This document shows positions 10,469 through 22,452 of a stretch of DNA of 64,000 bases, piece after piece. Position 1 is the stretch's first letter; the number at the start of each line of letters is the position of its first letter. Position numbers and translations under genes: made by a program. A model generated the notes under the pieces. It was not told the DNA's origin. It searched no databases and worked only from the letters and a program-made list of their open reading frames with translations. This DNA comes from Candidatus Bathyarchaeota archaeon (GTDB lineage Archaea; Thermoproteota; Bathyarchaeia; Bathyarchaeales; Bathycorpusculaceae), in contig CAVZJV010000005.1 in the NCBI GenBank assembly GCA_963775685.1, positions 32,001 to 96,000 of the forward strand. The letters are read 5' to 3'.

Positions 10469-11560
10469 ATGCACCCTGGTAAAACAGTTGCTTACCCCTT
10501 TGTAAGCATAATAATCCTAAATTACAATGGGATTCGGTATCTGAAGAATCTTTTTGAATCTCTAGTTAAGACCGATTATCCAAAAGACCTCTTTGAGGTG
10601 ATAATGGGCGATAACGGCTCTACAGATGACTCAGTCAAGTTCACAGAAGAACACTTCGCTTTTGTAAGAGTGCTACGATTTGATAAAAACTACGGTTTCT
10701 GTAAAGGCAACAACTTATGTGCACAACAAGCGATTGGCAAATATGTTGTCTTTTTGAATACCGATATGATTGTAACCAAGGATTGGCTGAAAAGCCTTGT
10801 AGAGGCTGTTCTGAACGATACGACCGCTATCAGTGCAGGCGCAAAACTACTGAAACCTTATGAAATTAACGGAAAAAAGGTGATTGATTATGCCGGTGGA
10901 AAGCTAACGAGTGAAATAAATTTCTATGAGGGTCTGCTTGAATTTGATTGCCAAAGGTACTCTAACCAAAAAAGCACTGGTTTCGCTTGCGGCGCCGCGG
11001 TCTTGGTCGACAAGGAATTCTTCTTACTAGTTGGGGGATTTGATGAATACTACTTTGGCGGCGGCGAAGAAGTAGAGCTAGGTTTTCGTGTGTGGCAGTA
11101 TGGCCACAAAGTCCTTTATGTTCCCTCGTCTGTTATCTACCACCTGAGATATGGTACGTTTAAAGAATCCGACCCCTTCCCGACCTATAATTGGGCAAAG
11201 AGCATGTTTTATTTTATTTTCAAGAACTACGGGAAAAAATATGTTGCTATCTACAGTTTTGAGAGTCTTTTAATGACGCATCTTCCAAAGATCATGGTTT
11301 TCATCGTTAACAAAGACTTGTCCTTGGCGAAGAGTGTCTTAAAAGGAATAGCTGATTTCTTTATTGAATTAAAAACAAAAAAGATTCTAGAGGATATCTA
11401 TTTAAAAAGACAACCTATAAAGAAAAACGCCGTAATTTCCGATAATGACATGATAAAATTAAGTGTTACTGCATCTCTTTCAGAAAAAATGCAATATCGT
11501 ATTAGACAATTTAAGAATTGGAACTCTGTTAGGCCAGAGAATCAATTGGTACAGAAATGA
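10469..11560 (+). CDS. GT2 glycosyltransferase (rhamnosyltransferase-like)
   Basis: SIIILNYNG, DNGSTD, NYGFCKGNN, FLNTD and GGFDE.YF. Confidence 0.9.
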   Translation: MHPGKTVAYPFVSIIILNYNGIRYLKNLFESLVKTDYPKDLFEVIMGDNGSTDDSVKFTEEHFAFVRVLRFDKNYGFCKGNNLCAQQAIGKYVVFLNTDMIVTKDWLKSLVEAVLNDTTAISAGAKLLKPYEINGKKVIDYAGGKLTSEINFYEGLLEFDCQRYSNQKSTGFACGAAVLVDKEFFLLVGGFDEYYFGGGEEVELGFRVWQYGHKVLYVPSSVIYHLRYGTFKESDPFPTYNWAKSMFYFIFKNYGKKYVAIYSFESLLMTHLPKIMVFIVNKDLSLAKSVLKGIADFFIELKTKKILEDIYLKRQPIKKNAVISDNDMIKLSVTASLSEKMQYRIRQFKNWNSVRPENQLVQK

Positions 11561-12774
11561 AAGGCAAACTTATTGATAACCGCTCAAAAGTGAAAGTGCT
11601 TTGGACAGAATGTATATTAATGGATGAATCCGCATCGTTTTCAAAGACCACTGAAATAGAAATACTTAATGGATTAGCAGAACTGAATCGAGATGTTCGG
11701 CTTCTTGCCTTGCGCTCAAAAGAAGCTAATGTAAAAAGTCCCTCAATACACCTGTCTATAGTGCCGCTTAGAGCTGTCAGTCTATTAACTCCGGTCATTT
11801 TCACGGCAATCGAAGCTATTACCATCCCATTATATATTGCCCGATCCAAAGCAGATGTAATAATAACAGAACCAGGTGGTAATTTCCTAGGCCTCATTAC
11901 GAGCCTAATAGTAAAAAAAATCAAGAAGGTTAAATTCATTCTTGATATTCGAAGTCCGCCCGTCGTGGCTTATGGTATATCCGGTTTCGTGGAAAAAAAA
12001 TGTTTTTTGCTGTCAGTTTCGTTTGCAAAAAAATTCTTTGATGGTATTACTATAATTACTCCTCGAATGCGGAATGAGATTTGCCAGCAGTATTCAATTA
12101 ACGCTGACAGAGTAGGTGTTTGGCCTAGTGGGGTTTCAATAGAAAAGTTTCGTCCCGAAAAGTTTAATCAAAAGAGTTTGAAGAAAAGGCTCGGTTTTTC
12201 GGGTAAATTCATAGTATTTTATCATGGGTACTTTGCTAAAGACCGTGGTCTTAAAGAAACGGTGGATGCAATGGAGATTTTGAAATCAACATACCCAAAT
12301 ATTGTTTTCTTTTTACTTGGTGGTGGTCTATTTGCTGACGACTTAAAGTCGATGGTCGCTGAAAGGGAGTTAACCAACGTAATAGTCCATGACCCTGTAC
12401 GTTACATGGATGTACCCAAATTCATCGCTATGAGCGATGTGGGTATTGTACCTCTCCCCGATTTGCCCCACTGGCGGTCGCAATCTCCACTAAAACTGTT
12501 AGAGTACCTTTCAATGAAAAAGCCCGTAATATTAACTGATATCCCTGCGCACAAAGATGTTGTTAGGGACGAGAAATTTGGCATTTATTTGCGATCAATA
12601 GACCCACAAGAGATTGCAGACCGTATTATTCAAGCGTACCAAAACAGAGAAGCCCTTTCAAAATGGGGGGTTAAAGGACGAGAGTTTGTCAAGGAAAATT
12701 ACTCTTGGAAAAAGGTCGCTAAAAAGCTGGATAATTACATTACTGCCGTCAGACTTGGTGCTGCCAGCAAATAG
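11557..12774 (+). CDS. GT4 glycosyltransferase
   Basis: YHGYFAKDRGL, SPLKLLEYLSMKKPVI and YSWKKVA. Confidence 0.9.
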   Translation: MKGKLIDNRSKVKVLWTECILMDESASFSKTTEIEILNGLAELNRDVRLLALRSKEANVKSPSIHLSIVPLRAVSLLTPVIFTAIEAITIPLYIARSKADVIITEPGGNFLGLITSLIVKKIKKVKFILDIRSPPVVAYGISGFVEKKCFLLSVSFAKKFFDGITIITPRMRNEICQQYSINADRVGVWPSGVSIEKFRPEKFNQKSLKKRLGFSGKFIVFYHGYFAKDRGLKETVDAMEILKSTYPNIVFFLLGGGLFADDLKSMVAERELTNVIVHDPVRYMDVPKFIAMSDVGIVPLPDLPHWRSQSPLKLLEYLSMKKPVILTDIPAHKDVVRDEKFGIYLRSIDPQEIADRIIQAYQNREALSKWGVKGREFVKENYSWKKVAKKLDNYITAVRLGAASK

Positions 12775-12824
12775 CGCCTTCTACGTTTTTACGTGTCTTG
12801 GGTGTCAAACATAGAAAAGGTTGA

Positions 12825-14112
12825 ATGTCTCTGAGAGTTCTGGCTTTATTGGATTATCTGCCAAATACTTTAGGTGGAGCTGAAATAAGCGCCTATTTAG
12901 TTCTTAAAAGTCTTGTTAAACGAGGTCATGTCGTAAGCATTGTTTCAGAAAGAACCTCCATTACAAAGGGCTATTGTGATTCATTGAGAGCGAAAGATAA
13001 GTTTAAGAATGTTTTTTCAACCTCCGTTGTTTGTCCTCAGATTAGGCCTTCTTGGATATTTATGGACGTTGTATCCATGGGTCTTTCTTTTCTAGGCAAC
13101 CTTGCGATATATAAAAATTGTAAAACCAGATGTAATACTTACTCATAAGCGCGCTGGTTCCGGTGCTGTATTAGCCGCCAAGTTGATTGGCGTTCCAAGC
13201 GTTTATGTGGTTCGTGGATATCAGCATGCGTGTTTTAATGCAGAAAAAATGCGTCCAGACTATGGGAACGTCATTAGATGTAAACTGGCGAAATGCGATG
13301 TTGGGAATCTTTCTAGATGCGTAAGATTTGCGCCTAATGGCCATGAAAACTTCTTTTGTCGAACCTTAGAGGTGCTCTTTTCTCTATATGCCTATTTTGT
13401 CTTAAGGTTGCGCCAGTTTGGCATGTCAAAAGCTACTGTTCTAGTGGGTGTATCAGATGCTGTAGCTTCGTCTTTAAAAGTTATCTATCCTGCAGATAGC
13501 GTTGTTAGAATCTATAATCCTATGGAGATAGAATTATTCTCTGGAAAACAGAAAAAACATGATCCTGCAAAAAGGTGTTTTGTTTACGTTGGTCGTTTTT
13601 CGCGCTCCAAAGGAATTGATGTATTGTTAAAGGCCTTCAAACAATTGGTTTCTTCGTATCCTAATTGCCGTCTTGCTATGGTTGGAGACGGTCCAGAAAT
13701 GAATAATCTGAAACTTTTGGTCCGTGAGTGGGAGCTAGACCAATCTGTAACTTTTATGGGGTATCTGCCTTTTGATAAGGTTTTATCGTTCCTTGAGCAA
13801 AATGGCTTTGCAACAGTAGTTCCTTCTCTTTGGGAGGAAGCGTTTGGAAGAGTAGTGATTGAATCGATGGCTATGGGAATCCCAGTTATCGCTTCAGATA
13901 TAGGTGGAATGTCTGAACTAATATCCAATGGACGAAACGGCATCCTAGTTGAACCTGGAAATTTTTTAGCTCTCTCGGAAGAAATGAAAAAATTAGTCAA
14001 CAATAGTGAACTGTATGAAAAAATGTCTACTTACGATACTGAATTCGTGAATCAATTCGCTTCAGAACGCATCGCAGCAACATATGCCAAACTATTTCAA
14101 TCAATAATTTGA
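12825..14112 (+). CDS. GT4 glycosyltransferase with Cys-rich insertion; +1 frameshift near 13101
   Basis: LGGAE at the N-terminus; YVGRFSRSKG and PSLWEEAFGRVVIESMAMGIPVI. Confidence 0.88.
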
Positions 14113-14125
14113 CAGGATTACTCAA

Positions 14126-17100
14126 TTGAAAATAAAACTAAATTTGGAGAATCTTTGCTGGATAATTCCTTCAATAGTCATTTCAATCATCGTTCTATGG
14201 ATAATTAACGGAATTCTTGGCTTCATTTTATCTGGAATTGCCGCGCTGCTCTTATTTTGTGCGTTTAAGTTATTAAATTCGCGGGATTCGTCCTTAATTG
14301 TATTATCGGTGGATCAAAAAAGCGCCAAAAGCCTAAAATCCCTGCTTTATGTTTTTGCATTTTTATCACTTTTAAGCGTTTTTCTGGTAAATCCGTTAAA
14401 TACTTCTTATGCGGATTGGTCAAGTATTTCATTGTTAAACTACTTGCGTGCAATTAGTGCTTTCTTAATCACGTCTTTTTTTGGTGGTTACTTCGTTTTA
14501 GATCTCCTTGGCTTTAACGAAAAAATTAGTCGAATAGAAAAAGTGCTCTACTCTTTTATTCTTTCGGTACTCATTACTGTCACCTCAACTTATTATTTCT
14601 CGGTTTATATTAAAGAATTTTCGATAATTCCTTTAATCTCGATTTCAAGCTGTTTACTATTATTAGCGATAATCAGATTTTTATGGAAGCAATCGCGATC
14701 TTGCGGAACCGATAATACAATAAAATCTAAGATCTCGCTTAGCTCTATAATTTTACTTCTCGTTATTTTGTTTGCCTTTTTCGGATTACTTTCTATTTTC
14801 TCAGAAAATAGCACGTTAATTTCTGGCGATATGTGGCGGCAAAATGGGTGGGGCGTAATGATTACGCGGGGGGTATTTCCTAAGGCTCTTGAAATTTTCG
14901 ATAATTACCTTGCGGCTAACTTAGCACTTTCTGGGATCCCCATCTTAAACATGCATACTCTACTAGTTTTTCCGTTTGCAGCGTTGTTAATTCTTTCTTT
15001 CTATTTAATGGTTAATAGTTTATTTAATAGTGCCAAGAAATCCGCATTATCCACTATCTTCTTTACAATTGGCGGTGGCTTTGGAGGTAGCTTATTCCTT
15101 TATAGCTACTTAACGGGTCCTTCTAACTCGCAAGCGCTCCTTGAAAACATTAGTGCTCAAACAATTCTTGATACGAGATATACTTATGGTTCACCATTCT
15201 GGTTTGCGGAGTCCATCTTTTCTTTTATTTCAGTATTCGTCCTTCTGCATTTTCTAAATACCGAAAAAAGCAAAAATAGACTATATTTACTTATTATTCC
15301 AGCGGCGATTTTTATCGGATACATAACTCGCCCTGAAATCGCCATATTTTTCCTTGCATTAATTATTTTTAGTCTTTTGTATAGAGAAAGAGGCAGCAGA
15401 GAACACATAAAGAGGATCTCAATAGCAAGTTTACTAGGTCTAGTCCTAACGCTTGCCTATTTTAACCCTTCTAATAACGGCTTTATTGCAATCCTTCTTC
15501 TCTTAACTTGCTCGTCTATAGCTATAATCACGCTTATAATTGTATCACTCAACTATAAGGTTAAAATCCAAGCGTCGATAAAGCGTCGATTACCAATTTT
15601 CCTTGGTTTAATCTATTTCATTGGGCTTTCGTTTTTGGTCTGGTTTGATATGCGACCGGATATACAGAACAATTTTGATAAAATATATGCTATCGGCGTA
15701 GTTCCCTGGTATGCATACTTCCTCTTGCTAGGTCTACCTGCGATAATAGCGATGATTGGTGTTATTTTTTATTTTGGTACTTTAAGGGAAGACCTGAAGA
15801 AACCGTTAAAACTTTTTTTAGTTCTGTCTTTACTGTTTATCCTTATCGGTAGATTTCTGTCCTTTATTAATACTCAAACTACTTTCTCCTTACCTTTTTG
15901 GGAAATAAGGACCGCGTTTTGGGCTCGTATTTTCATCGCAGTATGCGCTGCATGCCTGCTTATTCCAATATTTAATTCAACAAAGACACGTTACTATAAA
16001 CATGCACGTTTTTCATCATCGAGCAAAAAACTGGTTAAAATTCTGGTTATCGGCTGCATAATATCCGTTGTTGTAGTAGTTGGCGTTTCTTCAACAATTT
16101 TAAGAACTGAATATTGGACTAACTTTGCCCAATACGGCACAGCCGGCGAAGGCCAAACAACTGTTTCGCCTAGTGAGCTTGAAGCAATAGATTTTCTACG
16201 ACTTAATACCAAGCCATACTCTCAAACAATTACGTTAACCGCACTTTCCTGGGATAAAGTGAAGTATTTTGGAGGGATTCCAAACACATTTGATAGAACT
16301 TCGCTTTTTTTCGATGCCACCCAAAGTGCTTTTCTTCTTAGAACATTATCTACTCAAGATTTTATTTACGTTGATCAGGGCGATCAATTTTATTTGGATC
16401 AACCTTACAAAAACAGCTATCTTGTGACAAATTATTTGCCTTATTTACCTGTTCCTTTCAATTATTCGAATGTAGCTATTTATGAAATACCTGAAATTTC
16501 GCCGCCAAACAGTAATGCAAGTCTTGCCATAGTGACTCCCGGAACAGGTTTCACGTTTGCTGATGATAGACTGTCAACTTGGGATCTTCATGCCCAATCA
16601 AGAACTATTAAGAACATAACGACAACTTCTAGCAGTAGCATTTTTACTTTAAGCGGCTATCTGACCACCTCAAGTAGAGACTATTATTTGTTAAGTCAAC
16701 CGGTCATAAATATGAACACTAACGATTTTCCCACATTGTCTATAAAATGGAAAAGCACAGATTCTTGTGCTACTTTTAACGTTAAATATTCAGACGGCAC
16801 TTATTTAACAGAGTATACGGGTTCGAAACTAATCAGTCAATCAATGCCTGACTGGACTGTAACTACAACAAATCAACCCACAAATAAAACCGTAACCGAG
16901 ATAATAGTTGGAATTGATGACCGAACAGATATCCAAGTTGATGGTCTTCAGTCTGTTTCTATTGACTATATTGCTTTCCGCTCTAATGATCGTCCTCAAG
17001 TATCAGCCTTAACTAAGTTACTAGCCGCCTCAAATGTTGACTATGCGATTGTTTCTGATCAAGATCCTAATCTTTGCCAATATCCCCAGCTATTGCTGGC

Positions 17101-18794
17101 CTCAGACATTAATACTTACGATCTATCTGATGATTTTTCAAGTACCTCATCCCAATATGCTAGTCAAACGGGGGTATGGTTAATTGAAAATGGTGAATTA
17201 GAACAGACACAGAAGACGTCCTATGTAGATGCAACAATTACCGCTGGAAATCAACTTTGGACAGATTACACCGCTACAGTGCAAGCAAAAAGTATCGGAA
17301 AGTTATCTGATGATATAGCACTTCAATTTCGTTACCAAGACTCCAACAATTCTTACGATTTTAGGATGCAATCCGACCTCTTAAGGCTCGGAAAATTCGT
17401 TAACGGTTCGTACAGTCCAATCGTCAGCTCTACAAGCTACACAGTGGAAGGTAACACATGGTATAAGTTGAGTGTTACAGTCAAGGGTAATAATATCGTG
17501 TGCTACTTAAACGACCAACAGGTGTTCAATGTGGTCGACAACTCGTTCAGTAAGGGCCAGATTGCTCTGCGCACGGAAGGCATCACAGCTGCATTCGACA
17601 ACTTAACTGTCCAAACTAGCCGACCATCTGGCGCAACTTAACCGCTATGTCGACGCCATAAAAAGTGGATTACAATTGACTGTTCTAGGGGACCAAAATT
17701 TGGGTTACTTTGCATCGCTCATGAAGCTCTACTATGGAAACGAAACATCAGTCGACTCCATTAGATACAACAATCTCACCGTTGCCACAACAACTACAGC
17801 GGTCACAACATTAAACTCAGGGGTAAACACACAAACTATCGGTGCCTACTGGGAAGGCAACACTTCAAAAACGGCCTTTGCACTATCAACCAACTTTGGC
17901 GCCGGTAAACTAATTTACATAAACAGCGGCCCCAGCCAAACCATAATTAATGCATCGCCAAGCGATTTAAAGTGGCAGTTGTTATCAGAGATGGGTAAAT
18001 TGATTGGTTCAATCGCTGGAGCACAACCCACTGACTATAGTGCCATTTCTAAATGGAATTACGACATAGCACAAGATGCTACACTCACTGGAACGGTCAA
18101 CGTATCAACGACGCAGCTGCCTTTTGCAGTAACAACCATACAAACTGACAACATAACCCTCTCATCTAATAGTTCCAAATCCACACAAATAACAAACGTC
18201 ACTATAACCAGCATCAACGTGCAAGGAACAACCGGATCGACTATAACCGCAAACAGAACACAGTTTTCCTCGTTCAGCACGGGTTCCTACACGGCGCTCG
18301 ATTTTCCAGACGGATGCCAGTGGACCATAAAATTGGATGATGACTCTTCCGTTGCTATCAATTACAATAACGGCACAGGCATACATACGGTTACAGCCAA
18401 AGGCGGAACAATCAATCTCCATTCACCCTCCACGACTCTTCTAACAAACAAACCGCGGATAACTGTTCAAGGACAAACAAACTTCACTAAAGCATACATA
18501 GGTTGGATTGGCTCCACAGACAAAGTACCCAGTGAAGGAGACCAGTTTACAATAAAAGGCAACGCATCCTTCACTATCGACTGCATGGATCGTACAACCG
18601 CACTGCTATCCAACTTGGTATATACCGGATCTGCCAGTACCTCGAAAGCTGCATCTATTATTCCGTGGAATGAAATGGATATTCCTTGGTACACAATCTT
18701 AACATCGCCTTATCATCTTCTCCTAATAACCTCAATTATCGTTGCTATACTTGCATGGTTTGGTTTGAGTAAACTAAAAGCTTGCAAAAGATAA
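14126..18794 (+). CDS. Very large (~1550 aa) membrane protein: multi-TM GT-C-like N-terminal half, extracellular beta-domains including a DUF1080/lectin-like domain, C-terminal TM; +1 frameshift near 17635
   Basis: Many TM segments; ELEAIDFLR; WTDYT.TV...FRYQDSNNSY...WYKLSVTVKGNNI...GQIAL...FDNLTV; removing one base joins it to ORF 17676..18794. Confidence 0.75.
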
Positions 18795-18954
18795 TTTGAA
18801 TTGTACAATAAGGAAGCTTGGGTAGATAACGAACTTTGAAAACATACACGAGGGCTTATTAGTAACAATCACCCAAAAAATTAAATTCAGGCATCGGTGA
18901 CATGTTTCAACAATCAGGATTACATAATCAATTTAACATAGAGTATTCAAACGG

Positions 18955-20685
18955 ATGACTAAACAACCGAAAGCGCTTGCTGGTTCAGCCCTCGTTTTAA
19001 TGCTCTCAATACTAATTTCAGGCGTGAGCGCCGTTGATTACACTGCCTCCTTTGTCGGGGACTTCCAAAATAATAGTTATTTAGGATTTAGAACCGCAAT
19101 TAATCTGAGCGAAACCCCTCATCTAGGAGTATCCAATATCAGTGGCTTAGTGGGTTATTGGAATGCAAACGAAGGTTCTGGCAACATTACGCACGACTCA
19201 AGTGGTAATGGTAACAACGGAACACTTTATGGTCCTGTCTGGGTGAATTGTTCTTGTGGTTCTGCCCTTAGTTTCGATGGAGTAAATGACTATGTCCAAA
19301 TATCTAATCGAACATCTCTCATTCTTAGAGATCAGTTTACGCTTTCTTTCCAGTTTAGTCCCGCTACCCTTAAGAACCAAACCCAGGCGCTAATAGGAAA
19401 AAGCAACGCATACCCAAATTATGAATATTATGTATATTTAGAAACAGACGGTCGCTTACGTGCTGGAGTGCATACGAATTCGGATTCTGGGGATGTCTTC
19501 AGTAATTCGAATGCACGATTAGTAGCAGGTGGAAATTATAGTATTACAATCACTTGGATATATCCTGGACAAACAAAAATTTACATTAATGGGAACTTGC
19601 AAGGTTCGGCAGCAGCTCATAATGATCCTCTTACCAGTATCGGGGAGCTGGTTATTGGTGATTTACGTGTTGGCAGAGGATTGTACTCATCAGGTGTCTT
19701 CGACAATATTCGTGTTTACAATCGCACCCTAAGCGCCACTGAAGTCGTAGCTTTATACTTACAACCTGATCCCACTTATTCCGACGGATACTTTACCTTT
19801 CAGGATTCTACAACAAATAATACATTACTCATACACGTTGATAATGCTGACTTAAACAGCGGTAACTCGACATTGGTGACGTGCACTGATTTTTTTGCAG
19901 ACAACCGATTGACTTTTACCGCTAACAACAGTGCAACTCTCATTTTATGGTCTAACCTTGAGAGACCTGTGTATACAACTGGTACTTGGAACAGCAATAC
20001 CTATACTACTACTTTAACGCTTAATGACTCCTCAATCGGCGAATTAGACTGGAACCACGGCGTGCCTCCCTCTGCCTCACTCGCCTCCTCGAATTCAAGT
20101 TATGCAGGTAACGCTACCTTATTCTGCGCTTTATGGACTGATAATCGAAGTCTATCAGGGGGCGGGTACATTTTTAGCACAAATAATACTGGGCAGTGGG
20201 TTAATGCATCTTGGGTGGCTTTCTCGTCTACTCCATGTTGGGGCAATGCCACGTTGACCTTGAAAAGTAAGGTTGGGTCGGTTGTTGGCTTTCGTGAGTT
20301 TGCTAATAACTCTTTTGGTTTTTGGGGGGACTCTGGAATTTATGATTTTACAACTACTAATGGTACAGTTACACCTACATCAACTCCTAGTTCAACTCCA
20401 ATAATTGTTTCAGCAGTTACGCCCACTCCGAATTTAACTCCCGCTACAACTTCAACTGGGAACCAAACTGCAACATCTACATTGCAACATGAAACCAATT
20501 CCTTAGCAACTCAAACAATAATGTTCACAGGAGCAACCGGCTCTGTATTGATTGCCTTAACTGCTTTCGCTTTCAAAAAAGGATACATAAAAGTAGAGGT
20601 TATAGAAGAGGAGAGCAACACTGACGATGAGAATAAACAAATTAGAATAGGAAGCAGGAAAGAAAACGCAGACTACTCAATTTAG
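18955..20685 (+). CDS. LamG/concanavalin-like domain surface protein with C-terminal anchor
   Basis: GLVGYWNANEGSG...DSSGNGNNGTL, ALSFDGVNDYV and FDNIRVYNRTLSATEV; Thr/Pro linker; TM helix. Confidence 0.88.
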   Translation: MTKQPKALAGSALVLMLSILISGVSAVDYTASFVGDFQNNSYLGFRTAINLSETPHLGVSNISGLVGYWNANEGSGNITHDSSGNGNNGTLYGPVWVNCSCGSALSFDGVNDYVQISNRTSLILRDQFTLSFQFSPATLKNQTQALIGKSNAYPNYEYYVYLETDGRLRAGVHTNSDSGDVFSNSNARLVAGGNYSITITWIYPGQTKIYINGNLQGSAAAHNDPLTSIGELVIGDLRVGRGLYSSGVFDNIRVYNRTLSATEVVALYLQPDPTYSDGYFTFQDSTTNNTLLIHVDNADLNSGNSTLVTCTDFFADNRLTFTANNSATLILWSNLERPVYTTGTWNSNTYTTTLTLNDSSIGELDWNHGVPPSASLASSNSSYAGNATLFCALWTDNRSLSGGGYIFSTNNTGQWVNASWVAFSSTPCWGNATLTLKSKVGSVVGFREFANNSFGFWGDSGIYDFTTTNGTVTPTSTPSSTPIIVSAVTPTPNLTPATTSTGNQTATSTLQHETNSLATQTIMFTGATGSVLIALTAFAFKKGYIKVEVIEEESNTDDENKQIRIGSRKENADYSI

Positions 20686-20818
20686 GACTTAGCAAACTGG
20701 AAAAGAATAAGGCTCGAATAAGCAGAATGCTCACTTGAAGCTAAATGCAACTTTCTTTTGTTGAAAAATAATCTTGGGAAAGAAATCGCAAAACTAGCTA
20801 TAACCCAGTTGGGTCTTT

Positions 20819-21031
20819 CTATTGTTTCTTTAGAAAGCTCCAACCTGCCAACATTGCGCTGGATATAACTATAAACGTTGAAAAAATCGCTTCTATCGTA
20901 ATTATGTACTCGTTTGGTTCAATCAAGGTTAGCGTATGTGAACTTCTAAAATACATCGACAATAGGATAAAAGCTATGAATAACGAATTCGCAAAATTTG
21001 CCGCAAACCAAAAAACCCATCTTAACTTCAT
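20819..21031 (-). CDS. Small 2-TM membrane protein
   Basis: GAGGT ribosome-binding site before MKLRWVFW; two hydrophobic helices flank EPNEYI. Confidence 0.65.
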   Translation of the reverse strand: MKLRWVFWFAANFANSLFIAFILLSMYFRSSHTLTLIEPNEYIITIEAIFSTFIVISSAMLAGWSFLKKQ

Positions 21032-21566
21032 TTTAACTACCTCTGAAAATAGATTGTTGCAAAATTGAAGAGAAGCATAAGCTATTGAAGGCAGACCTTT
21101 GCTTCTGTGGTTCTGCATTTAAGGCATTTAATTGTTGTTGCTGTTTGTATTGAGATTCTGCCTTCATGTACCTTTCTCCTAATTTCTAAAGTGAGACCAT
21201 TAAGGCTTAAAAGAGATATTTCACTCAACGGAATATATCCAAAAGTCAAGTAATTTGATGGAATGAACTTTAATCAACAAGAATGTAACAGAAACCTCGT
21301 AGAAATTTTCTTCTTGCCGAGTCTACTCGCAGTTTTAGGGCAGTCATCAAAAAACTAATGTTCTATTTAATTAGACCAGTAGGACACTGCAGGACCAAGA
21401 AAGTTTCTATTCGACAAATCTGCAGAGTTCATTGCAGGAAGTTTTGTTTTGCTTTGGCTATAAAAAGTAGCCTTGGATACCGCGAACTGCTTCATGTGTT
21501 TTCTCAAAAGCACACCCAACAAAGCTGCGGCAAAGAATCAGGCAATCTAAACTCTAAAATGATAAA

Positions 21567-22130
21567 CTACCGCTGTTTAGACACGGAAACAACAAGTAGG
21601 ATATTTATCAAAACTAAATAGGCAGGGAAGGCCAGCTCCGAGAAACTCCACGCTGTAGCTACCAGAAAACTTGTAATGGGACTAAACACGCCTACTACAA
21701 AAGGCCAACGCGATTCCGTCTCGGGATTACGCCATGCCTTTCTCAGAGTTGGCGCCGCCGCGACAGCATCACTTAATATCGCAAACATTATTGCGTGATT
21801 CGCATTTGCTGTCACGAACCAAAAAACTAACGCCAGACCCGATAGTGCACCACAGAGATAGTCAAATGATGAAAGCTTCCAGTACGCTTTCTTTTTGAGA
21901 AATGAGGCTGATAATATCAAAAAAGGAGAAAACCCCGACATAAACACTGGTACAACTGCCCAACCCCCACCGTTGGATATAGCGGCGGCAGTGGCTATGA
22001 AAGGAGCAATAGACCACATAAGCCAGGTTACTCTGTTGGGCCTTACCTGACCCTTAAACATGCAACGTATGTAGACTAATGCAGCCAGTAGAGACGCAAA
22101 GGCCGCAACAAGCACAAGCAACTCAAACAT
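21567..22130 (-). CDS. Integral membrane hypothetical protein (PQ-loop-like)
   Basis: About 7 TM segments with two internal repeats, RPNRVTWLMW and PTLRKAWRNPETES. Confidence 0.8.
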   Translation of the reverse strand: MFELLVLVAAFASLLAALVYIRCMFKGQVRPNRVTWLMWSIAPFIATAAAISNGGGWAVVPVFMSGFSPFLILSASFLKKKAYWKLSSFDYLCGALSGLALVFWFVTANANHAIMFAILSDAVAAAPTLRKAWRNPETESRWPFVVGVFSPITSFLVATAWSFSELAFPAYLVLINILLVVSVSKQR

Positions 22131-22281
22131 ACCTTAACTAAAGGCATAAATCGAATATTTTAAGAGCATATCATAAGAGAGAAATAACCCATCGATTGAC
22201 ACAAAAGCCCCTGTCAAGTATATACCCGATTTCAAATAATTTTCTTAAAGGTCTTTTAGAAAATTGAGCGGTAAATTTGAT

Positions 22282-22389
22282 ATGAAAAAAATGTGGCAGC
22301 TCGTTTCTATTGCAGCCTTATTATCTCTGACTTTGATATTCGGGCTCTTGCAACTTTATCGTTATGGTGTTTTTCAGCGTGTAACTTGA
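22282..22389 (+). CDS. Possible 35-aa single-TM microprotein (MKKMWQLVSIAALLSLTLIFGLLQLYRYGVFQRVT)
   Basis: My translation; basic N-terminus and hydrophobic helix; too short for the ORF track. Confidence 0.4.
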   Translation: MKKMWQLVSIAALLSLTLIFGLLQLYRYGVFQRVT

Positions 22390-22452
22390 CGTGTTCAACT
22401 GCGTCTTCTGCTCCAAAGGGCGTCTTTAACTGAAAACCTATTCCTTTGCGTT

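Noticed and set aside
21130-21560. ORF 21358..21621 or a gene remnant in this gap
   Set aside because: No recognisable motif or ribosome-binding site, and it overlaps the end of a convergent gene.
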